This document shows, one piece after another, positions 62,596 to 64,000 of a stretch of 64,000 nucleotides of DNA. The position numbers were made by a program, and so were the translations under genes. Each line of letters begins with the position of its first letter. Position 1 is the first letter of the stretch. This stretch comes from an uncultured virus (IMG/VR IMGVR_UViG_3300025398_000011). Taxonomy: Duplodnaviria > Heunggongvirae > Uroviricota > Caudoviricetes. Below the pieces are notes generated by a model that saw nothing but the letters and a program-made list of their open reading frames with translations, was not told the DNA's origin and searched no databases. Location: IMG/VR virus record IMGVR_UViG_3300025398_000011. One strand, given 5' to 3'.

Positions 62596-64000
62596 CTTTT
62601 ACAGGGACGCTTCTCCCTTATCAACCTGAGGCAGTAGATCGCATGTGCGACCGCTCTAGCATGTTGGTTGCCTATGACCTCGGGCTGGGTAAAACTGTCA
62701 TCACCATAGCCGCCATAGAACGCCTTATGGATGAGCGGAAAATTGATGAGCCAGGCCTTATCATTTGTTTATCCTCACTTAAATACCAGTGGGCTAATCA
62801 GATTGAGAAGTTTACAGATGGCACTTCAAGAGCTTTGGTCATTGATGGAACCCCGGCTAAAAGAGCAGCGCAATACGAAGAGGCTTATGATTGGCGTAAC
62901 TCTGGGGTTGATTACATTGTTCTTAACTATGAACAGGTGGTCAACGACTGGAAGTTCGTCGAAAGACTCCCTAGAGGATTTGTAGTATTAGACGAAGCAA
63001 CGGCTATTAAGTCGTTTAAGTCTAAGCGCTCTAAGCAGGTTAAGAAGCTAATCCAAACCCCTTATCGCTTCGCTCTTACAGGTACACCTATTGAGAACGG
63101 CAAGCCAGAAGAGCTTTATAGCATCATGCAGTTTGTTGATCCAACAGTTCTGGGTCGCTTTGATATCTTTGACTCAGCTTTTATTGTCCGCAATAGCTGG
63201 GGTGGGGTTGATTACTACCGCAACCTTTCCACTCTTCATACCAAGATGAAAGAAGCGTCTGTCCGTAAGGCTCAGAAAGACCCAGACGTTGCGCCGTTCT
63301 TGCCAGAGACTATTCATCAAGACCCTATCAAGATTACCTTTGATCGTAAGACAAGCAAACTTTACTCAAAGATTGTTAATGATCTACTGACCGACCTAGA
63401 AGATGCTCAGACACTTTTTGGCGCATCCTTTAACGTCTTTTCTCATTACGGGCTTGAATCCCAGCGCGGCGGTCCAGAGGATGAGATGCGTGGAAAGATC
63501 ATGTCTAAGATCGGCTGTTTAAAGATGCTCTGCTCACACCCAACCTTATTGCTAACTAGCTCTAAAAAGTTTGAGTTGATGAACGGCGAAGGCTCAGCTT
63601 ACGCCAATGAGCTGGTTAACAATGGCGCTCTTGATGGCATAGCCAGTTCTCCTAAGCTTGAATACCTAACGCAGTACGTCAAAGACTTTCTTGAGCAGAA
63701 TGACGATAACAAGGTAGTCATCTTTGCCACATACGTAGACATGCTAGACATGATTGCTGAGGCGATTGGTTTAGATCAATGCCGCCTCTACTCAGGCAAG
63801 TTAGATGCTAAGACTAAAGAAGATAATAAGATAGCGTTCAATACCGACCCATCCATCAGAGTCCTTATATCTAGCGATGCTGGCGGTTACGGGGTAGACC
63901 TACCTGCAGCAAACCTGCTAATCAACTATGACCTACCTTGGAGTTCTGGAACGGCCGTCCAACGCAATGGTCGTATCAAGCGCGCCTCTAGTCTGTGGCC
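62592..64000 (+). CDS. SNF2-family helicase (3' end runs off the window)
   Basis: ATG 62592; LPYQ, DLGLGKT, LDEA, LTGTPIEN, NYDLPW, QRNGRI. Confidence 0.92.
   Translation, partial: MTFTGTLLPYQPEAVDRMCDRSSMLVAYDLGLGKTVITIAAIERLMDERKIDEPGLIICLSSLKYQWANQIEKFTDGTSRALVIDGTPAKRAAQYEEAYDWRNSGVDYIVLNYEQVVNDWKFVERLPRGFVVLDEATAIKSFKSKRSKQVKKLIQTPYRFALTGTPIENGKPEELYSIMQFVDPTVLGRFDIFDSAFIVRNSWGGVDYYRNLSTLHTKMKEASVRKAQKDPDVAPFLPETIHQDPIKITFDRKTSKLYSKIVNDLLTDLEDAQTLFGASFNVFSHYGLESQRGGPEDEMRGKIMSKIGCLKMLCSHPTLLLTSSKKFELMNGEGSAYANELVNNGALDGIASSPKLEYLTQYVKDFLEQNDDNKVVIFATYVDMLDMIAEAIGLDQCRLYSGKLDAKTKEDNKIAFNTDPSIRVLISSDAGGYGVDLPAANLLINYDLPWSSGTAVQRNGRIKRASSLW

Noticed and set aside
1..64000. tRNA, rRNA, integrase, transposase, intron or intein
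   Set aside because: None recognised by eye; TerL, DnaB and primase look uninterrupted. tRNAscan-SE and Infernal were not run, so small RNAs could be missed.

Overview
This window is about 64 kb of a tailed dsDNA phage with a contractile (myovirus/eCIS-type) tail. WhiB, a SigH/SigR-like ECF sigma factor, a PASTA domain and leaderless genes point to an actinobacterial host. Layout: (1) 1-4.1 kb, leftward putative early genes including the phage ECF sigma; (2) 4.4-9.9 kb, many tiny zinc-finger and basic proteins, ParB-like and HNH proteins; (3) 9.9-16.9 kb, virion accessory protein, WhiB, transglycosylase and lysis cassette; (4) 17-25 kb, terminase, portal, scaffold, major capsid and adaptor; (5) 25-41 kb, collagen-like and FN3/poly-Pro fibres with putative modifying enzymes and a Lys-rich mini-protein cluster; (6) 41.5-57 kb, neck, sheath, tube, tape measure and baseplate; (7) 57-64 kb, replication genes (initiator, DnaC-like loader, DnaB, primase, dNMP kinase, SNF2 helicase). 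The most striking unexplained signal is in the early region. Seven leftward GGAAT-N18-GTT promoters (actinobacterial SigH/SigR/SigE consensus) include one in front of the phage's own sigma gene. Four of them carry 11-bp-phased TCTCAG arrays resembling mycobacterial MprA boxes. This suggests the phage wires its early programme into the host envelope-stress circuit and then amplifies it with its own sigma. Other candidates are a poly-Pro fibre plus prolyl-hydroxylase module, a +1 frameshift in the tail chaperone, a rearranged tail spike, a distinct late-promoter class and a pre-terminase sRNA/attenuator. All protein calls come from motif recognition by eye; no database searches were run.
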